DNA from: Raillietiella orientalis
Taxonomy: Eukaryota
DNA: 64,000 nt
Assembly: GCA_036172245.1 (NCBI GenBank)
Contig: JAYWIR010000007.1
Location: 310,001-374,000, forward strand
Direction: 5' to 3'
Numbering within the stretch: position 1 is the stretch's first letter; the number at the start of each line of letters is the position of its first letter. The notes under the pieces were generated by a model. It was given only the letters and a program-made list of their open reading frames with translations. It was not told where the DNA came from and ran no database searches. The translations under genes and the position numbers were made by a program. Positions 1 through 13,729 of the stretch are shown one piece after another.

Positions 1-439
1 TTACCCCTACTAATTCTGTAAATTCACCCGTTGGTAGGTTGCCTGTTGAGCCTCTTTGGTTTAAGAAACCTCTGCTCCATGTTGTATGCAGATCTCTTTG
101 GCTTTTTTCATTTTAGGAATCTTTCACACTTTGGTTACCTCTCAAACTATGTGCAATTATTTGTTCTAATGTTTTCTTTCTTCAGTCCTTTATTGGAAAT
201 ACATTTGCAAAACATTTTAGGTGTTACAGGACTGCTGCTGGATCACAAATTCAACTTTGCTTCTGCTGCTGGAGCTGCATAGTGCCTTCCTAACGGCGGC
301 GGTCTGCAGCAGCTTCCCATTTTACTCATCGTCCGAATACTGGTCCAGCAGCTGATCAGTGCTACGTGTGGATCCATTGATCACTGAACCGCAAGCATCT
401 ATAAAATCATATTCAAAGTTGAAAGCACTTAGGAAGGGA

Positions 440-1500
440 AGAAGGTTTAAGTCCTTAGAGAACGGTCAAGGGCTTGGATCCGAGAACGTGTCAGTCTCAC
501 GTTGCTTGTACACTTTTTAGAAACCTTTTGACGCATCCGCTGCCTCCTACTTAGCTCCCACTTTAGTAGAAACTCTCGTTCATAAATACAATGATGAACA
601 AGTGCAAAATTCACTGTAGACCTCGTTGTGAATTGAAAATCAGCGTGTACATACTTTTCTTTTGGTAAGAATTCAGCGAAAACGCAACTTGGAATGCCCG
701 ATGGCAAAGATGTACGGAACTTGGAGCGAAGGATGGTGCCTATCCCTATAAAAATCCCTACGTTCAATTTGGAACTGAAGAAAGAACACAGTGAGACCGG
801 CTTGGATATTTACTCGATACATTCGTTTTGAGAAAAGTCACTTTCTCAAAACCACGTGGAAGGAAAAAGGGAAAGTGAATTTATTCGGCGCATTCGAGTG
901 AACGGAAATTGTGAAAGATCTCTCCAAGTTCGGAGGTTCGAAACGATCATTCGTGCTTAAATCTTTTTTTGTCGTGAACTGGGAAAGCACATCCAGCGAA
1001 GAGTTCACGCAAGCCCGAAAGATTGGGGGCGAACTTGCCTAAACAGGGTTGCCAGAAAAATTGCCTCGGAAATAATGGATTAATCCGCCCATAAGACAAT
1101 CCATCCCCCACAGTGCTCACGGTAACCTTTGTTTCCAACAAGCGGCGAAAGTATTGGGAAAGAGGTACGATTTGGCATCCTAGCAGACTGGGATGTGCCA
1201 AAATGCCTGAATCCTCCATTAATGCTATCACGGCTCCTTGTTGCTGCAGTGCCATTTCCTAGTAGCTTTAATTGAAGTTGTTCTAAAATTAAAGAATGCT
1301 ATCGAATACGTCAGTAGAATTTGAAGTGAGTGGTTCCTAGAGTCACGAGCCAATTCTTCTTGCTACGGTCGATTAAGTAAAACTTCCACTTCGTCTTTCA
1401 TTCCTAGCATTCGTCTTTCAATCTCGAAGTTGTGCTCCCTTAGGATCCCTTCTGAATCTAATTAAATCTCTATAAAGCAAAACGCCCAACTTCAAGTTAG
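440..1500 (+). mobile_element. Highly degraded L1/Tx1-type reverse transcriptase remnant
   Basis: Manual translation across frames gives degenerate non-LTR RT motifs in the expected order: SLENGQGLGSENV (~452, KsPG.DG), PDGKDVRNLERRMVPIPI (~697, nwRPIsl), NLFGAFE*TEIVKDLSKFG (~878, D..KAFD...L.kfG) and IRQSIPHS (~1091, RQGcPlS). There are many stops and frameshifts. Confidence 0.5.
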
Positions 1501-4500
1501 GATTCCACAAATGTTCAGAACCATCTAGAAGGGATTTAGCAGGCAACGCTTGCATGTGTGTAAAAGTCAGTTTTGCGTATAGTTTAATTTTCTTGCTCCC
1601 GTGGGGATATCACATCCAGAAACAAATATTTGGATAGCTCATTTCTCGAAATTTCAGCCTAACTAAATGACAATTTATTCAGAAGGGAATCATTCCTTTA
1701 TTGAAATTCTTTATGAGAAATACTGATTTTATTTCATTCGATTCTTTTGATTCTTGCAGTTAATTTCCTTCTAAGAATCATCACTTCAAGAATTTAGTCG
1801 AAGAAATATCATCTCGAGGTACATTCCACACGCCTTATTTTATGAATAGAGAAACGCGAATTGCTTCTCGGTTTGAATACTCTATGAGATGTCTATTCTC
1901 TTAAAGATTAAAAACGGTCAACATAAAACCGAAACACATAAATCCGAAACACGACAGAAATTACTCCCTTCTATTCCCTGAATATTTTCCGAATCTCTTC
2001 ACGACTCGCAGATGGTGAACAAACCGTCCCTGCTTACACCAAAAAGCACTGCTGCTGCACTTCATCTTCGAAAGATGCTTTGGCACTAATTGTTTCGGAT
2101 GAACTTTCAAGAATTAATCTGACCTCCTCACATTGCATCCCACGAGTCCAAGTGATGCATTACTCAGCAGAAAATACTTTCCCATCTGTAGCAGAAATCT
2201 CAGGGAACACAATGCATTCATTCTGAAGGCGATGGATGGTTAAGGATAACATGGTCTTTCTAGATGTTGACTACTGTAAGACCACTGGAAGAAAAAAAAA
2301 GTCAGGTAAGGGTGATGACACCCACGAAAGTAAAGTATTGAATTTCCTAGTCTCTCAGTAAACTTCAAACTTTTTTCATTTATTGAACAAAAATTAGGAA
2401 TCAATGAACTTTAAAGGAGAAGTTTTAGAGCCATACGAAGAGCGAATTCATAAATATACAAAAAATATGTTGCAAACGGAACTTTGCTAAAATTTGCTTA
2501 AAGATACCGAAAGCACCATAACCTGATTCAGTAGTTAAATTGTTTTGACCTAGATGGAAATGCAAATTCTTCTAACGTCCTACACTTTTGAATCAGTTTT
2601 CCCGAAAACCCATGATGTCACAAATTTTTTATGATTCTCTTCGCTGTTTCAGTCTCTGATTTGAAAATGCGTGCGCAAAATGATCTGTTAATATTTCTAA
2701 AATTGAATTCTAAGACTGGATTTTTTTTACTCAATAGTTTATCAATTATTCAAATATTAAAACGCATCCATGGAGATCTGAGATGAATGACGACATTGAA
2801 AGCCATCTTATTGTTTTCACACTCAAAACTATTGGGTGATTATTTCGTGGTTTATGAGCCTGCTAGAGTTTAAAAGCAAATACATTTAAGCATGTAATTT
2901 CCAACAAAATAAAGTTTGCTTTTCAAGCAGTATGATTTGTTTACTGATTTAGTATTCTGATGGAAACAGGAATATCTGGTTATGCCTACAAAATATAATG
3001 CATGCTGATATTTTTCTGCGAAACAATGATACATGCAATGCAGAAGAGGGTGGTATGATATCATGTAGATCACTGTGGATACATTCTCAAGATCAGCGAC
3101 CAAGCACTCAAAGAAAATGAAATCGAGGGAATAATGAAATGGCACAACATTATAGGATTGTGGTATAAATTCCAGAAAACATAACTTTGAATACGTGTTA
3201 AAAGTATTTAATTAAGAATCTCAACTAAATGGAACTGGATCGATCTTCTACAATTTTAACATTTCTTACGGTGAATAACATGGATTCAGAATGCAAGCAT
3301 CGAAATATGAAAGATATGTAAGCTGAACATGTGTAGTAGAAACTTGGTAACAAGTGGACTTATAAATTTTCCTTCAAGAAAACTGAAAGTAACTGGAACA
3401 CATTTCGAATAAGTGAAAATATTTGTGCAAGCTGACTGAGCTTAAGGTAGTACTCATCCACAAACACTCGTAGTGATAAAATTGAGGAAATTGTCGTTAG
3501 AAAGAAGAAAAGAAATGCTACTAGTGGATAATACATAAAAATGTTATGAAGTGCAATTTATTATCATAAATAAAATTTATAGTTTTTATATTGTTTGTTT
3601 TATAATTAGGAAATAACTACTGGTTCTTGAAGCACCATACTACTGTAATCATTAAATGGTTAATTATACGTATAAAATGTCTAGAAGCAAGAAGGAAGAT
3701 ATTTAATTACAATATGTACACCTATGAGACAAGCATTTTCATAAAATACATATTCCAAACACAGATGTTTGAAGATAAGAAATGGTTAATGAGAAAACTG
3801 CAATTAGCGATACGTTTACTTTGGAAACTGTATCGTCTAAGAAGGTATCAATGGAAACCATTAAAATGCAGACTCTAGAGTTTCATTGTTGTGTAATGTT
3901 TTTCTGAAAACATCAGCTCAATTATAAAACTCATGTTTAAAGACACTTACTTCATCCTTAATTTGGTTGTCATTTCACTATTATATATTTCATTTTACTG
4001 TTATATAGTTGCAAAAAAAGATGAAACGGACCAATATGGGCATTAGTTCATTATGAATCAGTTCTAATATTGGTTCTAAGAAATAGAAAATCAGTTCTAA
4101 GAAATAGAAAATTTATTTCTATGTAGAAAAGAATGAAGTTGAATTTCCAATGGAGTATATTTCCGTTAAATCTGATTTCTGATATGTATCTACATTAAAT
4201 GCCATTCAAATGCACTGTGAAAATTTCTGTGCCATTCGCTATTCATTTTGCATTTTAAGAATAATGTGCGAAGTAATTAAAACCGTTTGGTCTAAAAGAA
4301 AAAGTAAAAGTTTTTGTGGGAAAACACATTCAAGACACTGATATTGAGCATTCTGCTCATGTGCTAATTTTTAAGCATAATTATTCATGAAGATTAAGCA
4401 TATAGTCGAATGAAAATTCCCTGGACACTGTGCTTTGAGCAACTACGTATTTTTGCCAACAACGAAAAGGTGTTGGTAAAACTGCTGAGAGAGCGCTTCT

Positions 4501-4968
4501 GGAAATCCGACGTTAGGAAATGAGAAATGACTGTGTCTTGTGTAGTTTATGGTTATAAATGAGGATGTTTGGATGAAGTTTATAATAATAAAGATTTCTT
4601 TGAAAAAAAACAGAAAAAAACGCAGAATTGCATATGTGATGGTAAATTGAAAGAGGAAAAGAAAAGGTTTTGTATGCAACAAAAAAATTTGACAAAATAT
4701 GAATTTTTAAGTTTGAAGATTCAGTCAAGACTCAGAATTTCAATTCTAGTTTTGTCATTTTTTGCACTATTCAGAAATGATATAATATCATTTGGGAAAC
4801 TGTTTAATATCCTATGATTCATGGTTTTTTTTCTTTGCTTTAAAATCTAATGATTCATTTTTACAAGCCTTAGTATTTGAAAAATGTTAAAAGTAAGTCT
4901 TAAGTATTAAATTACTGTGCTTTTGTGGATTACCCATTTTGTGTTATGGAACTGTTAGTAATTTGAAA

Positions 4969-5054
4969 ATGAGCGATAAAAAACTCAAAGAAGCAAAAGA
5001 TGATGCAGAAACATCAAGTACTGAAGAGGAAGAAGATGACAATGATGATGAAGA

Positions 5055-5088
<34 letters not shown>

Positions 5089-6035
5089 AGGCCTGTAAAT
5101 ATTTTCAAAAATGATGGTAGTTTTTTGGAGATGTTCAAAAAAATGCAAGAAACTACACAGAATTCAACATCTGACAATTCTGAAAATTTAAACAATGAAG
5201 ATAAATGTGCAGCATCAGTAAGTTCACTTGATACACATATTGATAAGTTTCCCTCAAACTAGGTAGTTGTTTATTACTACACCTCAGTAAAAATCGTTAT
5301 TAAAGCCGAACTTATCATTGCTCATCACTTCTTGGTCCATTGAAAAAAGTGCTTCCAGTTTTTTCACTTGTAAAGATTTTGATGTCATTGTTTTAAAAAC
5401 TTTTATTTTGAATGAATAATTAAAAGCAAACAAGTGTTTTCAGATAATTGACACATCTGTTGGTGCTAGAATCAGATGTTATCAAGTTTATAATAAATTT
5501 TATGAAACTGATGTTTGTTAGAAGGTTGTAGAGTTTCAAAATGTATTACATTAAGTATTAATTTTTATTTTTATATGATTTGAATTCATGCCTGAGCATG
5601 TAATGGAACTACAATGTTTAGTAATAACTATAAAGTTATTTTGCTTTAATATATGATTTTCAGGTAGTAATTATGATCGAAAACTTCGATTCTTGAGTAG
5701 TAACCATTGCTTTAATGTTATGTTTCTTATTGTGTGCTATATTTTGAAATTTTGTTTTGAAGTTTTTTTTGTTTTTTTTTTCATTCAGGCAAATAAACGA
5801 AGAAGTGTTAAAGTTCTTCCTACAGGTCTAGTAAAGAAAACAAGAACTCATGATGATGATCAGTTGGAGAAGGTGAGAAGTAGTAGTGATGCTGTAGTCT
5901 TCTCTTGTGTTGCTGACCTGTGAAGATATGCTTTTTCAGTCAAATGATGCCTGGTCACAATACATGACAGAGGTGAAAAAATATAGAGATAAGTCTTGTG
6001 AAGAAGAAGGGAAGACCAGACCTTTAGTGAAATGA
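4969..6035 (+). CDS. TRIR: Telomerase RNA component-interacting RNase (C19orf43 family), ~142 aa, 3 coding exons
   Basis: Exons 4969-5217, 5789-5872 and 5940-6035, with phase-0 GT-AG introns. Signature motifs NIFKNDGSFLEMFKKM, KRRSVKVLPTGLVKK and the C-terminal DAWSQYMTEVKKYRDKSCEEEGKTRPLVK* match the recalled C19orf43 pattern (NDGSFLELFK; DAWAKYMAEVKKYK...KTRPLVK). Confidence 0.9.
5056..5088 (+). repeat. (GAC)11 trinucleotide repeat encoding poly-Asp in TRIR
   Basis: Perfect GAC run read directly, inside an acidic E/D tract. Confidence 0.95.
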
Positions 6036-7099
6036 AGCATCGGCATCTGCTCACGTTATCTGAATGCTGCAGGTGAACTTGCACTTGAATGCTTGTAACA
6101 GTCACTTGAATACTCCTTGTGGAATCTCACAGTTAGCTTACTAGGGGACTACAAGACAGTATGCATTCTCTTGTTCCGAAATAACTGCAGATGTATTTGC
6201 TGTGCTGCAAACCCAAATATGCTGATTTTATATCATTAAAAATGGAAAAACGTGATTTCCACCAAGACTCTATAAGTCATTTAGCCCATTGTTCAGTTTT
6301 AGTATTGAGCTTTCTGTTTAAGATCACTGTGGAAAACTTATCAATTGTATTTGCCATTGATAACTTTTGTCTTTTAAACATATTTCAATCTTTAATCATA
6401 TTTCAGAAATGTGTATAGATTCCATGTCAATTTGTTTGATGAATTCTACTGAATACAAAACAATTAAGTAATATGTTACATACAATGAAAATACATTTTC
6501 ATTATAATATATTACATTTTTTACAATTATATCACATTAAACTGATTCATGTCTGATTGATTTACTGTGATTCTTTTGAAGTAAAGTCTAAAATGTTCCC
6601 TTGCATAATGTTACATTTCTGGCATTATTTATAATTTTTTAAAAATATTTTCTAATAAAAGTGGGAGTTGTGCTTCCTGCCTTTCAATAGTGTGTTTCAT
6701 TTTTCATAGTAGCTTTCATGCAAAGTATTCGAATTCTTGGTAATAATTCTTAGTACTTGTTTTGCTACTTCTGGTGTTTTGAATATAGAGAAAACATGTT
6801 GTCACTTGAAAGAGACAAGTTATAAACCTAACTTGTCGCAAATGATTACTTTTTCCATGGAAAGTTTGCAGTCGGTGTTGGTTCCCTCTGTAGTCGTGTT
6901 CCTTTTCGTTTGTGTTGTAACATCAGGGTCTGTTATAGGAAAAGGAAAAAGCGTTATACAAGTTTCAAATGAATTGATTACATTGATACAAAAATACTGT
7001 TCCATGTGATCCCAAGGAAATTTGTTGGCGTGGTCCCCCCCCCCCCTCTTCAAGAGCCAATGTCATCTATGCGTTTTTAATTCATGTGGAAGTAGACCC

Positions 7100-7600
7100 C
7101 TCTTGTTCAAACATTACCAAATTATGAAGCTGTTTCACGTAGATTTTGAAATGCTTGGTTTTTCCATGCCACGGTATTACCCCATACGTGAAAAGTCAAA
7201 TACCACGTGCCTACGAGTTCCTGCAAATGTGTGGGAACGCCGTGAACTCTTTGGCCAAGTATTGGAATGGTAGGACCTCAGCAGTTGAAAACGCTGTGGC
7301 ACCCGAAAAGAGTGCTAAGTGTTCCCAGCAGCAGCTGCCCGCAACGATTTCTCACAGGTTCTCAGTGGATTGAAGCCACGGCGGATTCGTGCGCCAAGGG
7401 TTTCTGGTTGCGGACCGATGTGGCTCGAGTGGTAGTTTGTTCCTCCTCAGCTCATTTTCATTGAACTTGTGCATGCCCTGACGCTGGAGAGCTGAGCTCC
7501 CGTGAGGAGGACAGTGAGCCTGTCTGCAGGTTCTTCAGCAAAGTAACCGTCCGGGCAGGTATTTTGAAACGGACGTTTGAAATCAGCGGGACGGCACAGA
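7100..7600 (+). mobile_element. Degraded L1/Tx1-type RT remnant
   Basis: Ordered degenerate motifs across frames: KLFHVDFEMLGF (L...L..fGF), WNGRTS (vNG..s), SSSCPQRFLTGSQWIEATA (QGCPlSpllF...iEpLa) and CRFFSKVT. Confidence 0.4.
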
Positions 7601-8449
7601 GATTCTTCCGCGGCGTGAAACTTCAGAATTCATCATCGTGGTTGGCCCTCGCCATCAACTCGCGACCAGCCTATCCTTACTGCAAAACAAAAACCAAAGT
7701 GCAATGCTCGAGCAAAGTCCATTTTCCGTATTCCTGGGGGGGGGGGGGATGGCCGTACAGCTCACTGTTGCTGTACAAGCATCCCTTGCATGTCGCAGTT
7801 GCCTAATATGAAATGAAGTTGCACTCAAGCATTTTAAGCCCTGCTACGAGGTTTCCGACCTCCTCCCGCACGTCTTTGGTGTGGTCTATTTTTCCACATA
7901 CATGGAATATGAGGCATGAAAAATGAGAAAGGAAAACGGCAGCAGCAAAGGAGCGGTCTGCAGTGAGGGAGGACCGAAGTTGCGAAAGGAAATGGAAAAT
8001 TGTTTCCGTTTCCTGCTTGCATTTAAATGAGGAACATTGCGGCTTGCAGTGCCATTTTCCTAGTACCAGCGACTTCATGTTATGAAGAACACAAGGCCTG
8101 GTCGTTTGCAACTGTGCCTCGGGGTTTCGTCCACCAACGGTGGTGACGGCGACGTTGACGCCGCAGCGTCATCAGTCCTGCGGCTTTCCTTCATCAGCGC
8201 GCTGAAGACTCGCAACGATTCACGTCATCCCGAGCCAGATGATAGGAAAAGGTCCCTTAATTCCTAATTTTCCTGTCGACATTGCGGTTCTCAACATAGT
8301 AGGCTCGGCTCAAGGCACCAACGTAGTTAAGGAAATAAAATAAGCTCAGATTCTGTGCTTCTCTCATCTTCTTCTCAGATCCTCCTCAGCCCTCCCTTCC
8401 TGAGCATCCTTCGTTTTGTTTGCCGGATGAAGTGGTTTTCTACATGCGT

Positions 8450-9350
8450 CTTTCCTTGCATGGGATGAAACCGCTCCCACCATGCTTTCACGGGGACTTT
8501 GGAATCTTCAGCCACTCGCCTTCATACAACTAGCGTTCTCTGATCTTCCTCATCTATCGGTGTTTTCCTATCTGTGAAATGCTCGTGATTTCGATTTGCG
8601 CTTTCCTGGCTACTTCTTTGTCTTTTTTCTTTTTTTCCATCTCTAATACGTACTTGGGGATGTTTGCGGTATATTTATTCTCAAGTGATATTCACCTTCA
8701 AAACTTTTGTGGGAGCACTGCATGCTGCTTTCTTTTTCTCTCTTCCAATGTTAATTTGAGCGTCCACCTTTAGCTTGGACGATTTCCCGAGCAGCTGCCC
8801 CAAGTGCCTGTTCCCAAGTGAACCGTAAGGTGTAGCTGAATCTCTGATTTACTTGGGATATTCATTTGTACCTTCCACTCTTGGTGTCGTACGCGTGTTT
8901 TCGCTCATCTACTACTTGCTTTGCGGGCAGAGTTCCCCAACACATGAAGATCCGAATGTAGCTCAGCTGGTCCATTGAATTTTTGCGTGTCATCATTTTG
9001 CCCATCCTTCGTGTCTTCTGCGTAGGCATCTTCCATGTCGGCGAGCCTCTGGTCACAATGGGAGGCGCGTCCGTTCCGGCAACGTGCTGAGGTCACAGGA
9101 AATGCCAATTCCTCAAGTCTCGAAATTCGTGACGACCAGTCTTTACGTGGCTTTTCCCCAGTCATGTTCACATCCCCTAATTTCACCGATCCTGCTGCGA
9201 AGTGAGTCATCCTCCCCGAGTTGTCAGCACTGGCGATGGACCCGAAGGAAAACAAATGGGAAATGCGGGGACACACATTTCTTTGGTTGAACGGCGTGCT
9301 CAAGGCATGGAAACGAGGCACTTGCAGAGACGAGCTTGCAACTCTGAACA
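8450..9350 (-). mobile_element. Degraded L1/Tx1 ORF2 remnant (APE endonuclease plus linker)
   Basis: Minus-strand peptides SVKLGDVN (GDFN), LADMEDAY (L.D.w) and IPKYVLEMEKKKK...ITSISQI (the post-endonuclease kyFf.lEk linker), in the expected order. Confidence 0.4.
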
Positions 9351-9647
9351 AAAAGTTCAGCAACCAGTTGCTCATCATCAAATGACCAATGACCAGACGA
9401 GCCAAAGTTCGTCATCCACGGTTTGTTTTCCTCGCGTAGGCTGACACCCCCCCCCCTACCCCCCGGAATATTCAAAGTTCCTCTTCTTTTCGAGAAATAT
9501 TCGAAGGAAACGGTCAAAAAATTCATTCTGGTTCCTCACATTTGTTTTTGGCATCAGCCATCCTCCCTCGCACTGCATGAGCCAACAAAAAGCTGATGAA
9601 ACCAAAATGACACAAAATATCGATTTTCATTGACCGCTACGTTAACG

Positions 9648-11190
9648 GTCCCGCATTGGAGCGGCCGTGCGGCTGAGGTCTCGACTCCGGCACTGAGCGT
9701 CGCGGGTTCGAATCCCCGCATGGAGGATAGACGGCGACAAATGGGGGGTGCGTCTTGGGTTTCGACTCCCCTCCTCAGGATGATGATGGCTGATGGTCAA
9801 TATTCGGTTGCGGAGGCACTGGTAGAAGCTGGATGACTCCGCTGACTGGCCGGGATCGGAATTCGACCCCCCAGGATCCTTCCAGGAATCAAGGAGTCCT
9901 TCCAGGGGGACCCCCTTCCACCTCGTACCATAGAGCTGGTGGACTGGTGACACCTCTCTAGAATGTTAATAAGTGCGCTGCTCACTTCGGGGGTCTCTTT
10001 AGAGGAGGAGGAGACAGGGAGCGCTTCCCTCTAGGGTTCCCTCCGGAGAAGAAATTCCAGGAGTGCGGATCCTTTCCAGATTTCCTTCGGACACAGCCAG
10101 GGTGGGGTGAAGTTTCCCTTCGGGGTTGCTCCCAAGCGTCAGAGGAACTGGCTCCTTACTGCGGAGCCCTTCCTGGATTCATAGGGTGGTCTGACCTTGA
10201 CAGGTTACTTCACGCACCCTCGGGCCGCGTGGACTGTGTTGAAAGGGCTCCGTGAGCAGCCAGGCGAACGGCGGTTCTTAAAGACAAAGAGGAAGCCAGA
10301 AAAGAGAAAAGCCGGGAGGGAAAGCGGTGGAAGCAGAACAGCCTCCAGGGACTTCCATCACCCCAGGCCACCCCGCTAAGTGCGACAGGTGCGGGAAGGT
10401 CCGCGCCTGCTCTTGGACTGTGTTGTGCTGCCTTCCGAACCCTTCGGGATCGGCTCTCGACGACCCTAGGTATCCCGGCGGGCGGGCCCCGGGACATTTT
10501 TCGATGCCTCTTCGCGCGTGCCGCCAGCCGCGTCCCCCTCAGTTCCCTGCTGCCTTAGCGGGATCGTGGCCGCCTGGAACGCCAGAAGAAGAAGACGAAA
10601 TGGCAGAGATGCCACCTGCTGGACTCGGATCTTCCCGAGGACCGCCTCGAGATGTCTCCAACTGGGTGAGACACGGACGGAACTAGCCAGCATCCCGGAC
10701 AGGATGCAGAGGACGCCTGGCAACGTACCGCGATCCCTTCCTCGATCCCGTCCCCCCCCCTTGCCTCCCCGTGTATGAATTCCTCCCCTTTCCCCCTGTT
10801 TTGTTTATTTTTTGTTTCTGTTTTCCTTTCCCCCGTTCCGCCGGAGCGGACCTCGTTGGTCTCCGTGCCGCTCTTCGGCAGGTTCCAAGCACGTGATAGA
10901 ACCCACGGTTCGACCACATCGATGTTATTTTTATGTTACTCAACGTAATCATTGCCCCTGCGCAACTGGGTGAGAATCACCCCAGGCCAACCGCGATGAT
11001 CACCGCCCCCCTCGTGAGGTTACCACTGGTCTTTCGTGAAAAAACTCAAGATGAGTCGCCGGCCGGTCGATTCCATCGGATGCGCGGGAGCGGGTGGGAG
11101 CGTACGCTCGAGCGGCCCGGTCTCCCGTCCCGTCCACAGCTGTCCCAAGGCGTCCTTCGACGAACCCTCCTTCCTGCCGAGTGTTCTTCG
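9648..11190 (+). mobile_element. tRNA-headed repeat, copy A (5' end of a putative LINE family: tRNA-like head, repetitive UTR, start of ORF1), interrupted by a nested insertion at 10371-10975
   Basis: B-box GGTTCGAATCC at 9705-9715 in a T-arm-like stem, and a second B-box-like unit at 9750-9769. The body aligns by eye to 15690-16225 and 17590-18616 (reverse complement). After the nested insertion it resumes as PTAMITAPLVRLPLVFREKTQDESPAGRFHRMRGSGWERTLERP, matching copy C. Confidence 0.75.
10371..10975 (+). mobile_element. 5'-truncated Tx1/L1 insertion (zf-RVT, ORF2 C-terminus, 3' UTR) with a 14-bp TSD
   Basis: AKCDRCGK and CCLSGIVAAWNARRRRRNGRDATCWTRIFPRTASRCLQLGETRTELASIPDRM match the C-terminus of the 22546-25146 ORF. 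It is flanked by identical ATCACCCCAGGCCA at 10357-10370 and 10976-10989. Confidence 0.85.
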
Positions 11191-11199
11191 GGGTGCTTC

Positions 11200-12600
11200 A
11201 ATTAGCAGGGCGCGCCTGCGGGGAATCCGGCAGTTCGTCCGCTGCTTGAGCAGCTGGCGCGCGATGCGACCTGATTTTTGGCCCGAGGTCTTGGGTGCAA
11301 CTACTCTGGAAGCGCTGCTTGCTGCTGCTGCTGCTGCACTCTGCGGGGCCTCGTTGCAAACGCAGCGCCGCGCGTGCCCCTCCCCCGCTTCGACCTCCGC
11401 CGCCGCCGGCAAGGCGCTTCGCTTTCGAGCGCCTCACCTCCTGTCGGCTGCAGCGGGTTCGCGGGGAGCGAGACGCGCGGCCTTCCCTCCCGCTGTTGCG
11501 GCGAAGAGATCCCGTTTCTGGGGAGGGAGGGAGGGCCACAAGACCGGGGCACTTGTAGGACGAGCACATTTTCCCTGCCGGTTGCCAGGTTGCCGTTTCC
11601 GCAGAGTGGCGACGTCATTTCTCTGGAGAAGGTGCACGGATTCAAGAGGCATTTCCTGGTTCCCTCCCCTGCTGGCATCCTGCTGCAGGTTGCAGACCGT
11701 CTTTGCACGACCAGCTGCTGGTGATGAAGGTCGCAGGGGATCTAGCAAAGAAGAAAGTCGACTCCGATCCCCAAAAACGCCTTGCGGGCTCACAAAATGA
11801 GTCAGCAGGCGGCAAGTGGCCCGCCGCTGTTTCAGACCCTTCGGCCAACCCATTGTCTTTCTGCTACGCTCTCTTGACATTCGCAGTTTCAGATTTTCCA
11901 TTTTCCTCTGCGCTTAAGAACCGTCCTCCTTAGTCAATCTGAACAGTCCTTAATTTGTCATGAAGGTTACCGGCAGCTGATCTTGTTGGACCCTTCTTCT
12001 TTCAAGGGTTCTTCGCACATATCTATCTCAAGATCTGGAATGTTTGTGTCGCTGGGGCTTAATAATAGGCGCCTGTTCCTCCTGTCAGCTGCACCTGTTA
12101 CATCAAATGTAGTACTGTAAGAAGGTTTTTCTATTTTGCCAGTGCAGCAATTAATCTCAAGGACGAAACGCTCTTTCTCCGAGATTCCTGATGAGCGCTA
12201 GACGTGTTCCTGATTAGTCAATGTGATTCTTCTTGATTGCTTTTGAACGTTTCGTCCACCTTCAGCTGGTGCGTAGCTTCCGGTTCTAATGCCACGGTCT
12301 CCTGTTGCTTTTTCTCTTCTGAACACTCCCCGATGATCCTATTCTACCGTCTGCTGTGGTATCTTCTGAAAAAAAGATTTGCATCCTCCGTGGTTTCCCC
12401 GTTTCGAAGTGGAGAACTCGAGCTGGCGGACAAATTGCTGAAGAATCCGGCAGTTCTCCCGCCTGGTTGGGATGGGTTAGGGTGCGTCTGGCGGAGGCAA
12501 AGAGGTCGTCTTTTATCAACAGAAACCCGCGTTCCTCAATTTGCGATAGCTTAAAGAGCAAGCAGCATCTCTAGTGCTCTCGAGAAAGGAAAACTTCGGA
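11200..12600 (-). mobile_element. Degraded L1/Tx1 remnant: end of ORF1 and start of the ORF2 endonuclease
   Basis: GELPDSSAICPPARVLHFETGKPRR resembles the ORF1 pre-knuckle segment (VGIPHKLVVGGDTVDIWYLGEPK in the young copy). At ~11900 MENLK/TANVKR (ki.t.NVrG) is followed by CRLLTH (lQETH). Confidence 0.4.
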
Positions 12601-13729
12601 AACTTTTCTTTTATTTTGGAAGTTTCTCCGAAGAACCGCAAGTGTCAGGTGGTAGGTGATGCGGAGTGATCTTCCGTGATGTCGGCCTCACGAGAAAACT
12701 GAAGGGAGCGTGCCAAAGTCGAACGCGTTGGATCGCTGGTCGCCAATCTCGAGTGGCCTAAGCTTGACCTCGACCCGTTTCATGGAGTCCCCACCAGGCG
12801 CACCCACAACCGCAGACTTTGGTGTTTCGGAAAACTCAAAGCGCCGGCGCATCCTTCCTCTGTACATTCTGACTTCCGTGGATGCGTCCCAGATCGACAG
12901 ACCTCCTTAATCTTCCGAAAGATACCTGGGATCGCGTGGGAAAAATCGCAAGTGAATTCACCGTGAGCATTGAGGGCCAGTCAACTTATCCTGATAGTGC
13001 CACTCGTGGGAGCTGGAGGCAGTGCATTCTGGAAATGATTGCTGAGCAGAGGAACGACGATGTGGACAAACGGTGAGACGGAAATGGAGCTGAGGCAATG
13101 TCGAGTTCAAAGAGCATTTTTGCAGGGAAATCCAACGGGGCACCACTGGTTTTTTGTGTGGTGGTTTGCAGGAGCCTGCACTGGATATCGGTCAGTCCTG
13201 GTGCTAGGAGCTGGGCAGCCATTGAGGGAAATCTATAGATCGTTCGTCTCCTCGAGACGCCATCTCTTGACATCTTGAGAAATTAAGCATCCCATCCTTT
13301 CTTTTCCCGTGTCAGATCTTTTCAGAACTAGGATCTTGTGATCTCCAAGAACTATAAGGTATAGCAACGGCTCGTCTCCCACACAACCCACTCTGAAGGA
13401 GCGCATTCTTCAACGCAAGCTTATGTCGCGCGCGCTTCCTTCTTCCTGGCGCCTTCTCTGCTGGGCAAGAAATTCCAAGATTGTCCTGCTGATTTCAATA
13501 GGCCAAAGGATCGGCTACCCTTCTGAACTATGGTGGTTACTGACCAAACGCTGCAAAAGTGCAGCTGTGTTTCCTTAATAACATGCTATCAGAAAGATTG
13601 GGCGAGCCCTGCTGCCATTATATCGAGCTCATTAATCGGCGGCAAGGGCAGCTCTTGAAACTCAAGGACTGCATCGCAACGGAAACCCCCTCTGAAAGAA
13701 TATTCTCACCCTCGATTAGGGAATCCTGG

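Noticed and set aside
1064..1084. Minus-strand INPLFPR resembling a rhabdovirus L protein motif (endogenous viral element)
   Set aside because: It is an isolated 7-mer with no neighbouring L motifs, and the opposite strand carries an ordered series of LINE RT motifs.
7353..7388. HRFSVD*SHGGF resembling the rhabdovirus capping-domain HR motif
   Set aside because: Spacing to other expected motifs does not fit, and another frame of the same bases reads as the LINE RT QGCPLSP...iEpLa region in a consistent motif order.
9648..9725. Functional tRNA gene
   Set aside because: It has a B-box and T-arm, but no clean acceptor, D or anticodon stems, and it is attached to a dispersed repeat body in two copies.
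9648..10975. A SINE with a tRNA head and a LINE-derived tail
   Set aside because: The LINE 3' segment is flanked by its own 14-bp TSD and the host repeat resumes after it, so it is a nested insertion.
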